A DNA stretch of 25,849 nucleotides, from IMG/VR virus record IMGVR_UViG_3300038393_000228, positions 1-25,849 of that record. The stretch is one strand, 5' to 3'. Under the pieces are notes generated by a model. It had not been told where the DNA came from, searched no databases, and saw only the letters and a program-made list of their open reading frames with translations. Position numbers and translations under genes: made by a program. Of the stretch, positions 22,883 to 25,849 are shown piece after piece. This DNA comes from a virus. Its lineage: Duplodnaviria; Caudoviricetes. Position 1 is the stretch's first letter, and the number at the start of each line of letters is the position of its first letter.

Positions 22883-25504
22883 TTAAAAGCGGGGTGTTTT
22901 GTCATTGCTTGTTGCCTCCTTTTTTTGTGTTTCGACCGGTGCAGAGAAGGTCTTATTCACTTCGTGCTTTGCCAAACTCGACCCCTTTGACCCGCTCTTT
23001 AAATGCGGCCCCTGGTTGTGTAGCTCCCAAAATTGGAGTCCTTCGTTGGTCAGTTGCAGGCCGGTGATGTATCGGCGCCCCGAGTGTTCCTGGAGTTCGG
23101 ATATCCATGGTGCGACCGATCGTAGACGTGGGAAGAAGGCGCGCGAGCCGAATGCTTTTGCCTCATCACCGTCCTGCTCACGCTGCCAGCCGTGGTAAGC
23201 GCACATCAGGTCGGAACGACTGACACGGCCATATGGGGTTCTGGTAATGGCTGTACGCGCCCACTCGCCAACCGGGTTGTTATCGTCCTTGAAGCGCTGG
23301 ATCGTGTCGCGCACGCTATCGGGCAGGTCGTAGGAGCCGCGCTCAAGGAGCCTTGAAAGGCCCTCCAGAGCCCAATTCAAGATGCCGGGGCCTTCTTCCC
23401 CCACTATCCAACTGCCTAATGTCTGCCCTCTCGGCACGTCCATCTTGGTGCGGGCTTGATGCGCCGCCTGCTCGCTGACTTCGTTGGTCATTTCCAGCAC
23501 AATGGCACGGTTAAAGATGGCGTCGGACCTGTCTCTGGTTCTTGGCAAGGCGTTGGTCGTCAGCAGAACGGGCAGCTTCAATTCAACGCCGGGCACGGCC
23601 GGCTTGTGCTTGCGCTCAATGTCGATCGGCTCGCCTGTGACGATGGTCTTAAACCGCTGCGGGTCCAGGTCGTCACCCTCGTTAATGGCGTCGTCACGTA
23701 TCCATGCGGCGGCGTCATAGAGTGAGCTTAGGCCAAATCGCTCGCTGATCTCGGCGACGCTTGGCGTCGCAATAGGGTCACCGATAAGCAACCGAACGAC
23801 GCGGCTTAGCTCCGTTTTGCCAGTGCGCGACGGCCCGACCAGGATCAGCGCCTTGCGCTCCTCGCGGCTCAGATGACTGACGGCAAGCGCCGATCCCATC
23901 CACGCCCTTATTACGTTTTCGTAGGCCGGCCCTTCATTGCCAGTTCGATCGCTGAACAGGCTTGATACGAACTGGCAAAACTTCGGGCAGGCGGCCCCAG
24001 GATCGTATTCAACACCGATCTTGCGACGGGCGAACCAATGAGGCCCATGAGGATGAAACTTGCGGCTCTCGACCTCCAGCACGCCGTTCCGGCATACGAT
24101 CAGCGAACTATCGGCCCACGGCACAACCCGCTTGAATAGCCCAGGGTGCTCGCTCAGCCGCTTGAACGCTGCCGTCAGGTTGGACGGCTTGGCAGGCTCG
24201 CCTAGCGTCTCGAAACCTTCCTGGATCAGCGTCAGAATCCATTGCTGATCGGCCGGCGTCATGACGTGCCAGACACCATCGGCATAAATCCAAATCTCGC
24301 CTTCCGACAGCATGATATCCTGGCCTGCGGCGCGGATCGTCTCTATGACGCCATCGGCTACCACGACAGGGACAATCTGCTTGTCACTGCTCGCCGGCTT
24401 CTTTTTTGCCTTCTCTTGACGCTTGGCTGCGAGATTGACCACAGCCGCCCCGGCCTGGCCCCCGCTGCCATTGATCGCTAGTTCGCGCTCACGAGCGGCT
24501 TGCAGCGTTGCATCCGCCTGCCGCACGGCCGCCGCCGACAATGAGCGAGGCGGCTGGCCCTGCTTTTTGACCCACGTCTCGCACATCTTACGCAGCGCCG
24601 TCTCTTCCCGCCTCCAGTTCCAGCGCGCGCCATATGGGCCGGCGGCTGCTCGCGTCGCCTCCAGGAGCGTCGCAACAACTTCTTCAACGTCCCGTCCGGC
24701 GTTAAGGAGCGACGCGCTGACGGCAAGCTGCGTCGTATGGATCGAGGCATCGCCGCCGGCCATGTAAGACATAGCTGCGAGCCGCTTTTCCACGTCCAGC
24801 GGCGGCTTGAAGCCGAGACGCTGTGCGGCGGCCAGGAACGGATTGTCCGCAGGCTGCTGTTGCGGCCGCTCTTTGCGCAGGATGATTGGCGAGGTTTCGC
24901 TCAGCCACTCCTCAAGGTCGTCCAGCTCGTAACGACGATCCCCGTCCAGTGTTTTAATTGCGACTTCCGACCATTCACCGCGTTTAGAGTTGTGGGAGCC
25001 AGGAAGACGCATTAGGCGGGCTATCTCGCAAACTGAGTAGTCCCCCCCAAGAGTGTCGGCTAATTGCCGCAGAGCCGCTTCAACTCGATCAAAATCGTCT
25101 GTGATGGCTTCCTTCAGAAGCCAGTAAACATGGAAGCCATGCCCTGAACTAACGACAATAGACGGCTGTAGGCTAAGGTAAGACAGCTTCCGCTCAACGT
25201 CGGCGGGTGAGTCGATAATGTCCTTAAAATCGATGTCCGCATGCAGGAAGGCGATTTCGGCCACATTAGCCTTCTCGCGCTTGCTGCCAGGCTTCAATGT
25301 CCCGACGCAATAGAACAGGCCGCGTTCCGGCTTGTCCCACTTGGCCATGAACTTCGCCACATCGGCCAAGTCTCGCGTCGAGACAAAGCGCGGCGCATGG
25401 TTGCCGTCCCGCTCATTGCCGAGCGAACAGACGTGCACCGGCATCTCGGTCGTGGGACCGAATACGGTGCTTATGAATTTTGTCGCCTGCTCGCTGCCTT
25501 CCAC
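22883..25504 (-). CDS. Bifunctional primase-helicase: N-terminal AEP (RepB-like) primase plus D5/P4-alpha-type SF3 helicase
   Basis: AEP motifs FLHADIDFKD, PSIVVSSGHGFHVYW and ARLMRLPGS; D5_N-like IVCRNGVL...YDPGAACP; Walker A GPSRTGKT; FKTIVTGEPIDIERK; motif C LLTTNALP; DAIFNR arginine finger; C-terminal winged-helix-like region. Confidence 0.92.
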   Translation of the reverse strand: MEGSEQATKFISTVFGPTTEMPVHVCSLGNERDGNHAPRFVSTRDLADVAKFMAKWDKPERGLFYCVGTLKPGSKREKANVAEIAFLHADIDFKDIIDSPADVERKLSYLSLQPSIVVSSGHGFHVYWLLKEAITDDFDRVEAALRQLADTLGGDYSVCEIARLMRLPGSHNSKRGEWSEVAIKTLDGDRRYELDDLEEWLSETSPIILRKERPQQQPADNPFLAAAQRLGFKPPLDVEKRLAAMSYMAGGDASIHTTQLAVSASLLNAGRDVEEVVATLLEATRAAAGPYGARWNWRREETALRKMCETWVKKQGQPPRSLSAAAVRQADATLQAARERELAINGSGGQAGAAVVNLAAKRQEKAKKKPASSDKQIVPVVVADGVIETIRAAGQDIMLSEGEIWIYADGVWHVMTPADQQWILTLIQEGFETLGEPAKPSNLTAAFKRLSEHPGLFKRVVPWADSSLIVCRNGVLEVESRKFHPHGPHWFARRKIGVEYDPGAACPKFCQFVSSLFSDRTGNEGPAYENVIRAWMGSALAVSHLSREERKALILVGPSRTGKTELSRVVRLLIGDPIATPSVAEISERFGLSSLYDAAAWIRDDAINEGDDLDPQRFKTIVTGEPIDIERKHKPAVPGVELKLPVLLTTNALPRTRDRSDAIFNRAIVLEMTNEVSEQAAHQARTKMDVPRGQTLGSWIVGEEGPGILNWALEGLSRLLERGSYDLPDSVRDTIQRFKDDNNPVGEWARTAITRTPYGRVSRSDLMCAYHGWQREQDGDEAKAFGSRAFFPRLRSVAPWISELQEHSGRRYITGLQLTNEGLQFWELHNQGPHLKSGSKGSSLAKHEVNKTFSAPVETQKKEATSNDKTPRF

Positions 25505-25567
25505 TTGCCCCGCGTCCTATCTCCCTTACCGTTTGACTCGTTACCAACCCCGGTGTGATGCTTATGG

Positions 25568-25597
25568 ACCGCCCCAGCGGTGAGACGCCGGGGCGGT
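25568..25597 (-). other. GC-rich intergenic stem-loop without a U-tract
   Basis: Minus strand ACCGCCCCGGCG-TCTCAC-CGCTGGGGCGGT: 12-bp stem with one G-U pair, starting 10 nt after the upstream stop. Confidence 0.6.
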
Positions 25598-25607
25598 AGC
25601 TCTCTCG

Positions 25608-25849
25608 TTAGAAGCGGGTCTGAGCGGCCGCGTTCTTGCCTTTGGCCTTCGTTCCTTTGGCGGGCGCGGCTTCAGGCTGCTGCTCAGGTTCGCCAGCCGC
25701 GGCTTCGCTGTTTCCGTCCAACGTTCCGAAGTCAGCCTTTGCGACCCAGCCCACAACGTCGAGCTTGGGCACAAAGATTTTCTTGTACTTCGGGTGGATG
25801 TAGTGGCCGGCATTTAGCGCGACGATGGGAAATTCATCGGGGCGCTGAC
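25608..25849 (-). CDS. Probable phage ssDNA-binding protein, 3' part only
   Basis: Not in the ORF track. Manual translation gives ...QRPDEFPIVALNAGHYIHPKYKKIFVPKLDVVGWVAKADFGTLDGNSEAAAGEPEQQPEAAPAKGTKAKGKNAAAQTRF*. The PIVxL..Y.H.KY..I..P...VVGW pattern plus disordered tail resembles phage SSB-like proteins in replication modules; the CDS is more certain than the function. Confidence 0.62.
   Translation of the reverse strand, partial: QRPDEFPIVALNAGHYIHPKYKKIFVPKLDVVGWVAKADFGTLDGNSEAAAGEPEQQPEAAPAKGTKAKGKNAAAQTRF

Noticed and set aside
22591-23067. ORFs 22591-22905, 22640-22882, 22738-23067 and 22802-22990 across the AT-rich region
   Set aside because: Translations are low-complexity products of the repeats (e.g. 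YLYIYICTYMHV); the region is better explained as a non-coding origin.
25562-25813. Track ORF of 83 aa on the minus strand
   Set aside because: Wrong frame; the alternative frame ending at 25608 gives a motif-bearing protein open to the window edge.

Overview
The window is a contiguous, almost entirely minus-strand segment of a short-tailed dsDNA phage or prophage with P22-like (podovirus-type) architecture. The host is probably alphaproteobacterial, inferred from high GC, a DUF6456-like regulator and promoter style. In transcription order (right to left): 3' end of a probable ssDNA-binding protein; fused AEP primase/SF3 helicase; an AT-rich, iteron-bearing candidate replication origin; a hypothetical gene; a DUF6456-like late regulator followed by a pR'/tR'-like promoter-terminator pair; four small unknown genes; TerS; TerL; an HNH-AP2 endonuclease; portal; scaffold; major capsid; decoration protein; head-completion/adaptor genes interrupted by a second HNH-AP2 endonuclease; tail nozzle; GNAT protein; three ejection proteins (one with a peptidase S74-like tail, one with a lytic transglycosylase); two tail fibres; and the 5' end of an endolysin. 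Two small plus-strand moron-like genes sit in the tail region; one appears to be a leaderless two-TM membrane protein in the position of P22 sieA. No tRNA, rRNA, CRISPR array, integrase or reverse transcriptase was seen. All family calls come from motif recognition and gene order, not database searches.
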